IMG/VR virus record: IMGVR_UViG_3300027863_000020
Location: 64,001 to 128,000 of that record
DNA length: 64,000 bases
Strand: one strand, 5' to 3'
Source of the DNA: a virus
Made by a program: the position numbers and the translations under genes. This document shows, piece after piece, positions 9,785 to 19,734 of the stretch; within the stretch, counting starts at the first letter, position 1, and every line of letters starts with the position of its first letter. Under the pieces are notes generated by a model. That model saw only the letters and a list, made by a program, of their open reading frames with translations. It was not told where the DNA came from and ran no database searches.

Positions 9785-11133
9785 GCTACCTTGGAACGCT
9801 AATATCCGATGAATTGAAGAGCCTTGGTTGGGATCGACTCATGCCACAGGAAGGGAATGTCCAGACCACGGACATCCGAAAGTGGACTTGCCATGCCATG
9901 AGCAAAGCGATCTGGAAATTCGCATACGAGCGATATACCCTCAATCTCATTGCGAATGGATCGTTCGTCAATAACTCCAATTATCAGGCAACCCAAGCGT
10001 CCGTTCCGTACCAACAGCCGACCGTTGGAATCTCATTGACGGGTTGGCTTCGGATTCCGTCCCACAAGAAGCTCTATGACATCCTTCTCCCTTGGATGAG
10101 GCAAAGCGATAATCCCCCCGATGTCTGGATTGATACTTTTCAACGAATCTTCATCGACTGGTTCGGTGTTCTCGAAGTACAAGCGGGACAGGATGGACAG
10201 ACCCCGCTCCCGATCATTCCATCCCCGACTTTCAATCCATCCCCTCCGTATTTCCACTCAATCAATGGATCGACCTTGGATTCCAACAAGTTCATTCCCC
10301 CGATTGAGAACCCCCCTCCGTCCGCTTACCCCGTCCCCTGTTCCAGTAGCCCCTCTGGTGGTATGTCCGTCCCTCCGATTGACACGGGCATTCAGGATGC
10401 AAAGGATTCCGAATCGAGCCGTTGGGACTCCCTACGGGCGACAGCGGTGTCATTCGAGGCCACCGCATTGACCAATTGGACGAATGCTTCAGGAACGACC
10501 GATCCTACCCAATTGGAAGCCCTGCGACAGCCATACCGTGACCGTTGGCAAGTCAGTCTGGAAGCCCTGCGAACCGAACAGGGCGAATTGAGAGGGGAGT
10601 CATCCCCAAATACCACAAGATTGACCGAAATTGACGGGCAGATTCAGTCAATCCACGACAATGCGCTCTCCTATGTGGATACCGACTACCCATCGGCAAC
10701 CGCCCGTATCGAGATGATCGACTATGAGAAGGGCTTGGCGACCTCTGGAAGCTCCGTTCCACCCGTTGTCCCTCCCATACCCCTACCCGTGGGAGAAACG
10801 AACCCAGATGCCCCCGAAATCGGGAATGCGAACCTATTGGAACCGAATGCCCCCGACTACGAATGGCCTCCAATCGTGGCATGGTACTCCACCCCTCCAA
10901 AAATCACATTCCCGACTTGTGCATCACACGGACAGGCTTGCTACGATGAGCTATCGTCATCGAACCCCGCCTCAATGGAAGAAGCATGGGACATCATCGG
11001 AAAGCACTTGGCAAACGCATTCAATGACCATTTGAAGGCGGTTGGTGGTGGTTCTGGATACGCCTATGGATTGCCCGTCAATCCGTGGAATGGATCAATC
11101 CTGATTGTTTCGTGTGTTTGGGACGATGCCTAA
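9781..11133 (+). CDS. hypothetical protein with Pro-rich linkers
   Basis: 450-aa ORF; two Pro-rich segments flank a helical region. Confidence 0.75.
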   Translation: MSYLGTLISDELKSLGWDRLMPQEGNVQTTDIRKWTCHAMSKAIWKFAYERYTLNLIANGSFVNNSNYQATQASVPYQQPTVGISLTGWLRIPSHKKLYDILLPWMRQSDNPPDVWIDTFQRIFIDWFGVLEVQAGQDGQTPLPIIPSPTFNPSPPYFHSINGSTLDSNKFIPPIENPPPSAYPVPCSSSPSGGMSVPPIDTGIQDAKDSESSRWDSLRATAVSFEATALTNWTNASGTTDPTQLEALRQPYRDRWQVSLEALRTEQGELRGESSPNTTRLTEIDGQIQSIHDNALSYVDTDYPSATARIEMIDYEKGLATSGSSVPPVVPPIPLPVGETNPDAPEIGNANLLEPNAPDYEWPPIVAWYSTPPKITFPTCASHGQACYDELSSSNPASMEEAWDIIGKHLANAFNDHLKAVGGGSGYAYGLPVNPWNGSILIVSCVWDDA

Positions 11134-11142
11134 AATAATACC

Positions 11143-11171
11143 TTGACTATACAAGATACATAGTGTATATT
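11143..11171 (+). promoter_or_regulatory. class-1 (early) promoter
   Basis: TTGACT-atacaagatacatagtg-TATATT; ATG 6 nt after -10 (leaderless-like). Confidence 0.85.
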
Positions 11172-11177
11172 CAAGGT

Positions 11178-11432
11178 ATGATGACAATACACGAAACATT
11201 GAAGGTTATCAGGGAAAAGGCAGAAGCCCTCAAAGCCCCCTACAATGGTTGCGTTCTTTCCGTGAAATTGGGCGAAACCGTCCACAAGGTAGAAGCTCAC
11301 AAACAGCACTGGTTGGTGGAAGGTTCGTATCCGAACTATTCGGTTGGTCTGTATGTGTTTGCCGATCACGCCAAACTCTATATCTCTCAATACTCTTGGG
11401 AATCGTTGGTGGTCGGGGTCGAATTCAAATGA
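11178..11432 (+). CDS. hypothetical protein
   Basis: Directly follows class-1 promoter; overlaps next start. Confidence 0.65.
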   Translation: MMTIHETLKVIREKAEALKAPYNGCVLSVKLGETVHKVEAHKQHWLVEGSYPNYSVGLYVFADHAKLYISQYSWESLVVGVEFK

Positions 11433-12985
11433 TTGCGTTCTCATATTCCAAGAACGACATCCTATCCGAAGAAGCGAAAGAAGCCTTCTTTGGAAAAAGA
11501 CCTATGGGTGAAATCGAAGTCGGGATAATCGTCAATCAATTGGATAATAAGAGCGTGGCGACAAATTTCATGCAATACATCCAATCCAAGGGGTTCGACA
11601 AATTTACGATTGAGAACAAGAATCTCATCGTTATGAATACCAAGTCGAAACAGGTCAAAGCATCCGACATTGACCGAATGGCCTATTGCATATCTCTCGA
11701 CAAAAATCTCATGTACTTCAAGGACATCACCATTTTTGCGGGTACTGGATTGGGTAATTCCGATCCACCATCGTCTAACAATTGGAAGATAGAGAATTGC
11801 GAAATCAATATGAATGGCTCGACAATGAAGTTCACCAATTCGGTGATAACCATTGTCAATTGCACAATCAATGGAATGAGCCAGTGTATTTCATCCGATA
11901 GTGCTTATATGGAGTTCATCAAATGCCGTTTCGCCAAACGAAACATAAGCGATGGAGAATTCACTTCTTTCATAGCGGGTAATACATCATCTATCCACAC
12001 TCCGACAAATCACATGGCATCTTCCATTGATTTGAAGCAGTGTGATTTGACCTCTGTTAATCTGAAATTTGAGAATACCCGTCAATCCGCAAGCCTATCG
12101 GTAATTGATTGTGATATGACATCGTGGGGATTTTCAAAGATCAAGCCAAAGACAATACTCATCATTGGAACCTCACCAGTCCAATTCCGTGACTGCAAGT
12201 TTCCAAAGCTCCATGTATTCCCGCACAACAAGGACAAGAGCACCGAAGCACGGAACATAGTCGCATTATACCAGAATGGATATATCGAATATCCTCTGTA
12301 TAAAGGAATCATGGATCACACAACGGTTCGTCTAGTACCCGTTGGTATGAATGCGATTGCGGTGATTCCAGACAATATCATAGTTTCGGAAGATGGTGAT
12401 TTCATCATGGCTTCGATATATGAGAACAATTGCTACCTAATCGGAACCGACATCAAGATAGGTCATTCCGATACCGCATATGATGGCGACCACCCACCCA
12501 AGTACACTCCAACATCATTCAAGTTTCAGCATTGCCATGTCGATTGCTCCCAAGCGATGACATTCACTCATTACTTTGGAGTGACCAGTACCGTATCAAT
12601 CGGGGATCATGGTATCTTGTGCCTTGATGACATCAACGATACTTCGGGGACTAATATCGTTTCGGACAACTCGTTGTATGCTTTGCTTGCCGATGGTAGG
12701 TTGAGACTGAAAGGAACTCTCTGGTCGAAGATTGACAGGGTAATAAGAACTCCGTCAATCACCATTCGCCCAATAAGAAGGAAGCCGATGTTTTCCGACA
12801 GGTATGGATGGCTCTATTTCGTACTGGACGGAAAGAAGGGTACTTTGTCGAAAGCCCTTGGTGTTGCCGACAAGGTTGCATCCGAACTTCCGATTGAGAA
12901 GTGGGGAACCTATGCGGACAGGATCACAAATCAGCTTCAGTTTTTTGTGGATAACGAGAAGATGCTTATGAAATTGAGCAAATAA
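11429..12985 (+). CDS. beta-helix-like paralog family protein
   Basis: KIENCEI/IVNCTI/FIKCRF/LKQCDL/VIDCDM/FRDCKF repeats; 518 aa. Confidence 0.75.
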   Translation: MIAFSYSKNDILSEEAKEAFFGKRPMGEIEVGIIVNQLDNKSVATNFMQYIQSKGFDKFTIENKNLIVMNTKSKQVKASDIDRMAYCISLDKNLMYFKDITIFAGTGLGNSDPPSSNNWKIENCEINMNGSTMKFTNSVITIVNCTINGMSQCISSDSAYMEFIKCRFAKRNISDGEFTSFIAGNTSSIHTPTNHMASSIDLKQCDLTSVNLKFENTRQSASLSVIDCDMTSWGFSKIKPKTILIIGTSPVQFRDCKFPKLHVFPHNKDKSTEARNIVALYQNGYIEYPLYKGIMDHTTVRLVPVGMNAIAVIPDNIIVSEDGDFIMASIYENNCYLIGTDIKIGHSDTAYDGDHPPKYTPTSFKFQHCHVDCSQAMTFTHYFGVTSTVSIGDHGILCLDDINDTSGTNIVSDNSLYALLADGRLRLKGTLWSKIDRVIRTPSITIRPIRRKPMFSDRYGWLYFVLDGKKGTLSKALGVADKVASELPIEKWGTYADRITNQLQFFVDNEKMLMKLSK

Positions 12986-13014
12986 TTGACAGGTTTTTGA
13001 ATACCATCCATATT
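12986..13014 (+). promoter_or_regulatory. class-2 promoter TTGACA-N17-CATATT
   Basis: Exact 17-nt spacer; one of five copies. Confidence 0.7.
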
Positions 13015-13036
13015 TTCAACTAAAGGACAAATTGAA

Positions 13037-13579
13037 ATGAATGAATTTGATATTGCGGTGCTTTCCGATGCACTCGAAAAAGCGATGAAGATGTACGATG
13101 GAATCGTTCTGGATAAAAGAACGGTTGCTATGGTCGAATCCAATGTTCAATCAATCGTTCGTGATGCGGTCGAAAAAGGCCAATTCGATCCAGAAGCCAA
13201 GGTTCGGGTGGTCAAGGTTGGACGGAATGGATTGAACATCGTACTTACTCCGAAGTTCGTAGAGTACAGTATTCCATGCACCCATCCCGATCTCGATACT
13301 CTCATGGACAATACAGATCAGGACAAAATCAAAATCCTGATTCGCAGACAGTTCGGGAATAACGCCCATGTGATTTTATCCAAGTTGAAATCTATGTTGA
13401 GCAAGTTGGGGAATCCACCGTTCTCCCATCTTCGGATTGCCATTCTGGACAGCAACGATACGGTGCGAATGTTTCTGGAAGCCCGTGGTCGGTGTTGCGA
13501 AATTGAGGAAGACTTATTTGACCTCAATGGAGAAACCGTGGCGATTGGATTCAATCATGGACATTCGAGGAAGGTATGA
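13037..13579 (+). CDS. hypothetical protein
   Basis: AAGGA RBS; first gene after promoter. Confidence 0.7.
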   Translation: MNEFDIAVLSDALEKAMKMYDGIVLDKRTVAMVESNVQSIVRDAVEKGQFDPEAKVRVVKVGRNGLNIVLTPKFVEYSIPCTHPDLDTLMDNTDQDKIKILIRRQFGNNAHVILSKLKSMLSKLGNPPFSHLRIAILDSNDTVRMFLEARGRCCEIEEDLFDLNGETVAIGFNHGHSRKV

Positions 13580-14013
13580 ACAAGAAGCCAAGAAAACTTC
13601 AGATACACAAGCACCCGAAGCTCAATTACAGTGTGTATGTGGGGGACATCCAATTGCTCCCTCTTTCCGAACTCACCGAAGCCGATGAACGGGTGGTGTT
13701 GCTCAAGCCCTTGTGTGGTGTCGAGAACCTAATCCTTGAAGTGGTCGATAAGGGCATCATCAATAATAAGATGATGGTTAGCTTGAAGACCGAATTGGGT
13801 AGCCTGTGGGTGACAGTGGACAAAGTGGCGAACATTCCGTCCAGAGTCCGCAAGCCGAAGAAATTGAAGTACCGCATCCATTTCAATCAGATCAATCAAA
13901 TGCACTATACCATCGAAGCGTTTTCCGAAAGCGAAGCCATTGCCGAAGCGACAAGACAATGGAAGCGGGATAACAAAGAGCCTAATTTGATCGAAGTGGA
14001 TATTGTATTATGA
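13576..14013 (+). CDS. hypothetical protein
   Basis: ATGA overlap. Confidence 0.7.
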   Translation: MNKKPRKLQIHKHPKLNYSVYVGDIQLLPLSELTEADERVVLLKPLCGVENLILEVVDKGIINNKMMVSLKTELGSLWVTVDKVANIPSRVRKPKKLKYRIHFNQINQMHYTIEAFSESEAIAEATRQWKRDNKEPNLIEVDIVL

Positions 14014-14384
14014 ACTTCGGTCTCGATATTGACAAGGAAAAGGAAGAACTACGAACGCTCTTTTCCAAGAAGTATCCCGATGTGTCGAAGATCAGACAGA
14101 CCGATCTTCACAAGCTAGTGTACTTGCTTGACAAGCAACTGGATTCCCATTATGCGGATGGACACCTTCGGATGTACATGGAGCCGATCAATTCGTTCGT
14201 AGCCCGTATGATCCGAACCAAGGGAATCCAGTACAGAGGAATCGAACTCAAGGTCAATTCCCACTACTTTTCTGGAAGACAAGCCATTGAAATATCCAAA
14301 GACGGAAAGGTCTATTTCTGTGGTTGGGCAAGTGGTGTCAATCATGTCCCATTTTTAATCGCATTCGCAGAGTGGTTGGAATGA
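14010..14384 (+). CDS. hypothetical phage protein
   Basis: ATGA overlap; REAI..DG.VYFCGWAS-like motif. Confidence 0.7.
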   Translation: MNFGLDIDKEKEELRTLFSKKYPDVSKIRQTDLHKLVYLLDKQLDSHYADGHLRMYMEPINSFVARMIRTKGIQYRGIELKVNSHYFSGRQAIEISKDGKVYFCGWASGVNHVPFLIAFAEWLE

Positions 14385-14890
14385 TCCACAAGTTCACAAC
14401 ACCCGAAATGGAACTAGCTCTTGTCAATCCACGGACAGGAGCATTTCCGTTTGTCCGTTATTTCGTGCTACCACGGGTTGCTTATGGATTGAATCATATC
14501 AACCACGAATGCGATCTACTCATTCTCTCGAAGAGTGGAGTATTGCACGAAGTCGAAATCAAGATCAGTAAAGCCGATCTATTGGCAGACAAGCGAAAGC
14601 GTCATACCCACGATTCCAAAATCATAAAGCGTCTTTGGTTCGCAGTTCCAGAGCATTTGAAGGACTTTGCGATTGACCATATTCCAGAGAAGGCGGGATT
14701 GATCTATGTAGTCCGTCAATTACTTCGGAATGGATCAATCAGGGAATCGTGTCATGTGGTCAAGATGCCCAAGCACAAGGGCAAGGACAAGCCAGATCAG
14801 GCACTTGTAGCCCATATGTACGAGCTTATGGCTATGAGGTACTGGTCGGAGAAGATCAGGGTGTACAACCGCTCTATGAGGAAAGTATGA
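14381..14890 (+). CDS. PD-(D/E)XK nuclease, MmcB-like
   Basis: ECDLLILSKSGVLHEVEIKISKADLLADKRK motif; WFAVP. Confidence 0.75.
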   Translation: MIHKFTTPEMELALVNPRTGAFPFVRYFVLPRVAYGLNHINHECDLLILSKSGVLHEVEIKISKADLLADKRKRHTHDSKIIKRLWFAVPEHLKDFAIDHIPEKAGLIYVVRQLLRNGSIRESCHVVKMPKHKGKDKPDQALVAHMYELMAMRYWSEKIRVYNRSMRKV

Positions 14891-15063
14891 GTTATCAAAT
14901 GCAATTGATGGCGGCTCTTGCGATGTATGGAGCATCCGCAAAATCGGACTGGTATCATCATCCAAAGAAAGGCCAATCGGTGTTCAAGAACAAATCGAAG
15001 ACTGCCCATAAACGAAAAGCACAAAAGAACGCTCGAAAGATTCAACGGAGGCATAATGGCTAA
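14887..15063 (+). CDS. small basic hypothetical protein
   Basis: ATGA overlap; K/R-rich C-terminus. Confidence 0.55.
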   Translation: MSYQMQLMAALAMYGASAKSDWYHHPKKGQSVFKNKSKTAHKRKAQKNARKIQRRHNG

Positions 15064-15307
15064 ACCAAATTCGCACGAACAGACGATTAAGATGCAGAAG
15101 GAGTTGATCGACTCCCTCAATGGTCACTTAACGACCATTCGCAAAACCGCCAAGTCCATTCGGAAGATTGTAAACTGTATCGAAATTCTCGAACAGCATG
15201 GAGTATGTCCAGAGAACCTTCGTCCCATTCGGGAATACCAGTCCATGTTGGCACGGGAAGTAGAATGTATCGTCAATCGTGCGTTGGTAGAAGACGATGG
15301 TGAATGA
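15056..15307 (+). CDS. hypothetical protein
   Basis: GGAGG RBS. Confidence 0.6.
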   Translation: MAKPNSHEQTIKMQKELIDSLNGHLTTIRKTAKSIRKIVNCIEILEQHGVCPENLRPIREYQSMLAREVECIVNRALVEDDGE

Positions 15308-15512
15308 TGCCAATAAGAATCATCCAACGGGAGGCTCTATCGTCTTCCCACGGGGTCAATCGAAGTCGAAACTCCCCTTTGAAATCCCTTCATTGTCAGA
15401 TTGGGCAAAACGGTTCGTCCTTCGGGAAGAATACAATCGCATCCTGATTGAGAATGCGATGCTCAAGGCCAAGATAGCCCGTCTCGAACGGAACAACCCA
15501 TTTGGAGTATGA
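15297..15512 (+). CDS. hypothetical protein
   Basis: Packed ORF in operon. Confidence 0.55.
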   Translation: MVNDANKNHPTGGSIVFPRGQSKSKLPFEIPSLSDWAKRFVLREEYNRILIENAMLKAKIARLERNNPFGV

Positions 15513-15513
15513 T

Positions 15514-15669
15514 ATGAGTTGCCCAAAATGCAATTCCCCCGAAGTGTCGTTCAATAGCCCGAAGACCAAGTATTCGTGTGGTTCGACCGACTACGATCAG
15601 CGACCAAACACCTTCAATCAGACCGAAGCGTGCAAGACTCTCGAAGCGAGGAAGAATGCAAGTACCTAA
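15514..15669 (+). CDS. small Cys-rich (zinc-finger-like) protein
   Basis: GGAG RBS; MSCPKCNSP..YSCGS..C; below ORF-track cutoff. Confidence 0.6.
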   Translation: MSCPKCNSPEVSFNSPKTKYSCGSTDYDQRPNTFNQTEACKTLEARKNAST

Positions 15670-16039
15670 TCGCCCAACCCATGCAGTCCACCGCATCAAC
15701 AATTGGGATGGACAAGAAGACGATGTGTGTTGTCTTGCCTATGTCGGTCACGATGGCGAACTATACGACTTTGATTCTGGTGCGAGACTTCTTGAGTATG
15801 AAGGCGACAGGATCATCAAAGCCATTCCACTGGTATGGAACTCGAACCGTTCTTTCCTTGTATCGTTCATGGATGAAGATGGGAGAGCATACAACAAAGC
15901 AATTGACACCGAAGGCGAACTTCCGTCAATCGAGACATTGACCAAGTTGGAAAAGGAAGTTGCTATCACCTACGATAGTGCGTGTATGCAGGTCATTTCT
16001 ATTTCCGAAATCGCTTACACTACGAAGGAACCAGAATGA
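15656..16039 (+). CDS. hypothetical protein
   Basis: GAGG RBS; MQVPNRP start. Confidence 0.6.
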   Translation: MQVPNRPTHAVHRINNWDGQEDDVCCLAYVGHDGELYDFDSGARLLEYEGDRIIKAIPLVWNSNRSFLVSFMDEDGRAYNKAIDTEGELPSIETLTKLEKEVAITYDSACMQVISISEIAYTTKEPE

Positions 16040-16272
16040 TTCATATGCAGTTTGTTAGGATTCGGGACAATGCGTTGGTCATGGACGGATGTTGCCCATC
16101 GGAAGATCATATGAATGATTTTTTGTATGAGAAAGTATCCGAATTGGGGCTTGGTGATTGGTTGGTGAACCGACTGAAACAATGTCTTTGTTTTGAAAGC
16201 CGTGCGATGTTTCTCGAACGATGTGGATTAAAGGTTCTGTATGAAACGCTTGAACAGAAAGAAGATTCTTGA
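16036..16272 (+). CDS. hypothetical protein
   Basis: ATGA overlap. Confidence 0.55.
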   Translation: MIHMQFVRIRDNALVMDGCCPSEDHMNDFLYEKVSELGLGDWLVNRLKQCLCFESRAMFLERCGLKVLYETLEQKEDS

Positions 16273-16603
16273 AGCATTGGAGACCGCACGGCAGGGGTTC
16301 AACTCAATCTGTCTTCGATTCATTGGAAGCGACCAACTCCAAGACAAGGTTGTCCTCATGTCAATGACGGCACACCATCACCAATTGAACTGTGTCATCG
16401 TGGAACTAGGCGGGGAATCGGTCGTTCTCAATGAGTCGATCATTCGCCCCAAACTGGACGGCAAGCCAATCGCCCAACAATTCCAAGATGACCTGAATTC
16501 ATTGATTGACAATTACAGGGATCAGGGAATCACCCTATCGGAAACGGTTGGAGCGATAGAATTGGTCAAATTAGACCTATGGAAAGAGTCTATCGAAGAA
16601 TAA
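16241..16603 (+). CDS. hypothetical protein
   Basis: Packed ORF ending before promoter. Confidence 0.6.
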   Translation: MKRLNRKKILEALETARQGFNSICLRFIGSDQLQDKVVLMSMTAHHHQLNCVIVELGGESVVLNESIIRPKLDGKPIAQQFQDDLNSLIDNYRDQGITLSETVGAIELVKLDLWKESIEE

Positions 16604-16628
16604 CCCCAATTTATTTAAGAATACCCTC

Positions 16629-16690
16629 TTGACTATACAAGATACATAGTATATATTGAAAGTGTAAGGAAACGATAAATTGAGGTGAAT
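16629..16690 (+). promoter_or_regulatory. class-1 (early) promoter and conserved leader
   Basis: TTGACT-atacaagatacatagta-TATATT then ACGATAAATTGAGG. Confidence 0.85.
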
Positions 16691-16981
16691 ATGAAATCCT
16701 ATTCCGAAACCACCGTCCAACGGGTTCTCAAGTCGGTATCCAAGACCTACAAGAAGCTCCCCAAGTTCTTTGTTCGTGTCCATATCAAAACCAAGTCACG
16801 CATTAAATATATCATCGGAGGTGCTACCCAGATTGACAACATCAATCGGGAAGTAGCCAAGTTAGTGGATGCGTTCGGAGGAAGCTATGCGGAACGCTTT
16901 GACAGAAGCTCAATCGTGGTATGTGTTTGTGAAGGTAAAAAAATTCTTGCCAAGGCTACCTTGGCGCAAATGATGGGTTAA
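16691..16981 (+). CDS. hypothetical protein
   Basis: GAGG RBS after promoter. Confidence 0.65.
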   Translation: MKSYSETTVQRVLKSVSKTYKKLPKFFVRVHIKTKSRIKYIIGGATQIDNINREVAKLVDAFGGSYAERFDRSSIVVCVCEGKKILAKATLAQMMG

Positions 16982-16983
16982 TT

Positions 16984-17373
16984 ATGAGTGAAATTGACAT
17001 GACCGTTCCCGAAGACATCGACCTCAAGATTTGTGCAGAACTCTTCAATGAGTTCAGAGTAGCACGGGATCGCTATTCATCTTTCGCACAAAAGTTGGCG
17101 GTGCAACGGTGCGCCTATTTGGTTGGCGACATCGTAGTGGACAAAACCAACCATTGCTATTACCAGATCAAGGAAATCAAGGGCTATGCGGTTGCCAATG
17201 TGGGTGATATGAGCGACAATTTCTTTGGGGTGGAAATCCGTGGAGAACGAGTAAATAAGAAGACCCTCAAATTGACGGGTTCTACCTATGCGGGTAGGGT
17301 GAAACTGTACGAGCGTGATATTGTTCTGTACCACCGAAGCGGGTTCATTCATCATGGAGTGGAGGTGAAATAA
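16984..17373 (+). CDS. hypothetical protein
   Basis: Packed ORF. Confidence 0.65.
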   Translation: MSEIDMTVPEDIDLKICAELFNEFRVARDRYSSFAQKLAVQRCAYLVGDIVVDKTNHCYYQIKEIKGYAVANVGDMSDNFFGVEIRGERVNKKTLKLTGSTYAGRVKLYERDIVLYHRSGFIHHGVEVK

Positions 17374-17780
17374 TGGAAGTGTCCGAAAACCTGTTATCCA
17401 AGCCAGTACAGGCTTTCTACCATAAGGACTACACCAGTATCGTAGTCCTTCGAGCGGACAACACCAGAGAGTTCGTTCCCATCCGAACCCCTATCAAGAA
17501 CAATTGTGCGTCAATCACCATTCAGGAAATCACAATCACGAATGGCGAAGTCCACCACGAATATGGAGTATATCCCCATGATACGGGTGACTCCATCCTG
17601 AAGAATGGAACCACCGTCTATGTAGTGACCGATCCGTGTTCTGGATCAGCACGGGGAGAGCCGTGTCATTGCAAATTGACACCGACCGAAGAATTCGGAA
17701 TGAGTACCAATCTGGACAATGGTGAGTCCTGTGAATATGCACGGGTGAAAATTACCAGATTGCCAGTGGAATTCCTATAA
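17373..17780 (+). CDS. hypothetical protein
   Basis: GGAGG RBS, TAATG overlap. Confidence 0.65.
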   Translation: MEVSENLLSKPVQAFYHKDYTSIVVLRADNTREFVPIRTPIKNNCASITIQEITITNGEVHHEYGVYPHDTGDSILKNGTTVYVVTDPCSGSARGEPCHCKLTPTEEFGMSTNLDNGESCEYARVKITRLPVEFL

Positions 17781-17822
17781 TGTATCTTTCCTAGTATCAC
17801 TTAACCTACAAGAGAAATTGAC

Positions 17823-18548
17823 ATGAATGACCCCAAGATTGATCCGAAAGACCTCAAGAATATCTTGAATTCGTTTGCCGAAATCAAGGAAACCAGTACC
17901 CCGTTGGCAGAGCGGAACCCCGTGGTTATCCAAGAGGGTCGCCCACCCTATGAAGTGTCCAAGCTACCAGAAGAAGCCCGTGGAACCCTCTTGGCCTACT
18001 TCGCAATTCGATTCAAGCCGTCTTTCATGGCATCCTATCCCCGGGACAACATTTCATACATCGCATACATCCAACCGCAAATATGGCACAACTTGACGCT
18101 TGCGTATTTCTCCGCTACGCAACCAATCGAGATTCCATGTGTTCTCGAAATGTTCGCAACCGACCGTCTCCCAGACAAGAATGTCCCCGACCATGATGAA
18201 GAGAATGCGTCAATCGTATTCTCTCCCGAACTCAATCCCGAAGACCAGAAGAAGACCCCTTGGTGCAAAGTCGAACTGAAGGGTATTGCCATCGTCAAGG
18301 AAGAGTATTGGTTCGTCCAAATGGAAGGAATATCCAGTACCCATCCCCATCCCCATGCCATCCGTATCCCTTGGAGGCGGGACAAGGGCAAGTTCTATGG
18401 ATTGACATTCAATATGGATTACAAGGTCAATGCAGTCCATAAGATTGACGAATCTATGTTGATTGACGAATCCGAAACGAAACAAATTGGCGTTTCTACC
18501 GAAGCGGTTGTGACCGACTGTGAAGTGGAAGGAACACAAGAAGCATAA
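17823..18548 (+). CDS. hypothetical protein
   Basis: 241-aa ORF; possible TTGCCA-17-TATCTT promoter at 17760-17788. Confidence 0.7.
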   Translation: MNDPKIDPKDLKNILNSFAEIKETSTPLAERNPVVIQEGRPPYEVSKLPEEARGTLLAYFAIRFKPSFMASYPRDNISYIAYIQPQIWHNLTLAYFSATQPIEIPCVLEMFATDRLPDKNVPDHDEENASIVFSPELNPEDQKKTPWCKVELKGIAIVKEEYWFVQMEGISSTHPHPHAIRIPWRRDKGKFYGLTFNMDYKVNAVHKIDESMLIDESETKQIGVSTEAVVTDCEVEGTQEA

Positions 18549-18566
18549 AATAATGAATTGATCCAC

Positions 18567-18623
18567 TTGACTATACAAGATACTTGATGTATATTCAAGA
18601 TATACGAACAATTGAGGTTGAAA
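18567..18623 (+). promoter_or_regulatory. class-1 (early) promoter and conserved leader
   Basis: TTGACT-atacaagatacttgatg-TATATT then ACGAACAATTGAGG. Confidence 0.85.
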
Positions 18624-19184
18624 ATGGGTACTGATACGAAAGGTTTTATCCCTCTTCCAAAGAGCAAGAAGGACGCATTCAAGATCGTCTATGCTATGGA
18701 AACCGCCATCCAGAATTTGATGAAGGCGCATCCCGAAGCTATTATCTTCGCAGAAGAAAAGAAGAAGCAAGGTCATCTTCGTCAATTACCGTGGAACATT
18801 CGTGTCAAGGATGGAAAGCGGTATGGGTTCGGTGATGTATCGAACTCCGATGAATACTATGCAATGGAGCAACTGTTCTCCTATCCAAGAACGGAATTCT
18901 GTCATATCGAATCCCGCATGGTATCGTGTCAGTTCATCTACAACGGTGAGAAGCGTGATCTAAAGGTATTCTTCGACTGTGACCACGATTATTTCGATTC
19001 GACTGGTGTAGAATCCAAAGTGATTTTCGACCTGTCTTGTTGGGGATCATCGGTCGAAATCATCCATATGGTCACTCAAGCGGTTGCCGAAAAGATGGGT
19101 GCGAAGAACTATTACACCATCGACAACGATTGCTCCGATGAGTGGGTGAAGGATTCTACGATCATCAAGAAGGAATACCCATGA
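18624..19184 (+). CDS. hypothetical phage protein
   Basis: GAGG RBS after promoter. Confidence 0.7.
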   Translation: MGTDTKGFIPLPKSKKDAFKIVYAMETAIQNLMKAHPEAIIFAEEKKKQGHLRQLPWNIRVKDGKRYGFGDVSNSDEYYAMEQLFSYPRTEFCHIESRMVSCQFIYNGEKRDLKVFFDCDHDYFDSTGVESKVIFDLSCWGSSVEIIHMVTQAVAEKMGAKNYYTIDNDCSDEWVKDSTIIKKEYP

Positions 19185-19480
19185 ATATCTCAAACACTGT
19201 AAAGTATGCGTGTATGGGGTTTCTTGGGATTCTCATTAGCGGATACTGCGTATTTTGGGCGACCGAATTGTATATACGAATAACAGAAAAACCAGAACCG
19301 ATGATGGATAGGGAAATCCCTATCGGTGCGTCCTTGCTCAAGACATACGATACCTACGGATCGTACAAATTGAAACTGTGGAAGCTCGATGGAATGTGCT
19401 TCATATCGTACAACCTAGAAACGCCTAGTGCGTTATTGACCTATGTACCCTGTCCAACACAAGAAAAGGAAAAACCATGA
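19181..19480 (+). CDS. hypothetical membrane-anchored protein
   Basis: N-terminal hydrophobic helix. Confidence 0.6.
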   Translation: MNISNTVKYACMGFLGILISGYCVFWATELYIRITEKPEPMMDREIPIGASLLKTYDTYGSYKLKLWKLDGMCFISYNLETPSALLTYVPCPTQEKEKP

Positions 19481-19734
19481 CCCGTCAATTTTCAAAGCAG
19501 AAGCAAGTTGTCGAAGAGCGCAAGCGCATCGTCAATGAGTTCATCATGCCCCTCAAGACTTGGCTAGAAACCAAGCCAGAAGGCCATACACGGTCTTCTG
19601 TGGCACTTTCCCTTGGTCTCCAACGGAATGCCCTATACAAGTTCATCAGTGGAACCCAGACCCCCACGATTGACACCATTGCCCGTATTTCGTTGTTCCT
19701 CAAGCAACACGGGATCGAACGGGGGTGCGTATGA
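19477..19734 (+). CDS. XRE/Cro-like helix-turn-helix protein
   Basis: TRSSVALSLGLQRNALYKFISGTQTPTIDTIARI. Confidence 0.75.
   Translation: MTRQFSKQKQVVEERKRIVNEFIMPLKTWLETKPEGHTRSSVALSLGLQRNALYKFISGTQTPTIDTIARISLFLKQHGIERGCV

Noticed and set aside
16803-17259. TAAATA occurrences inside early genes
   Set aside because: Not positioned before starts; expected by chance
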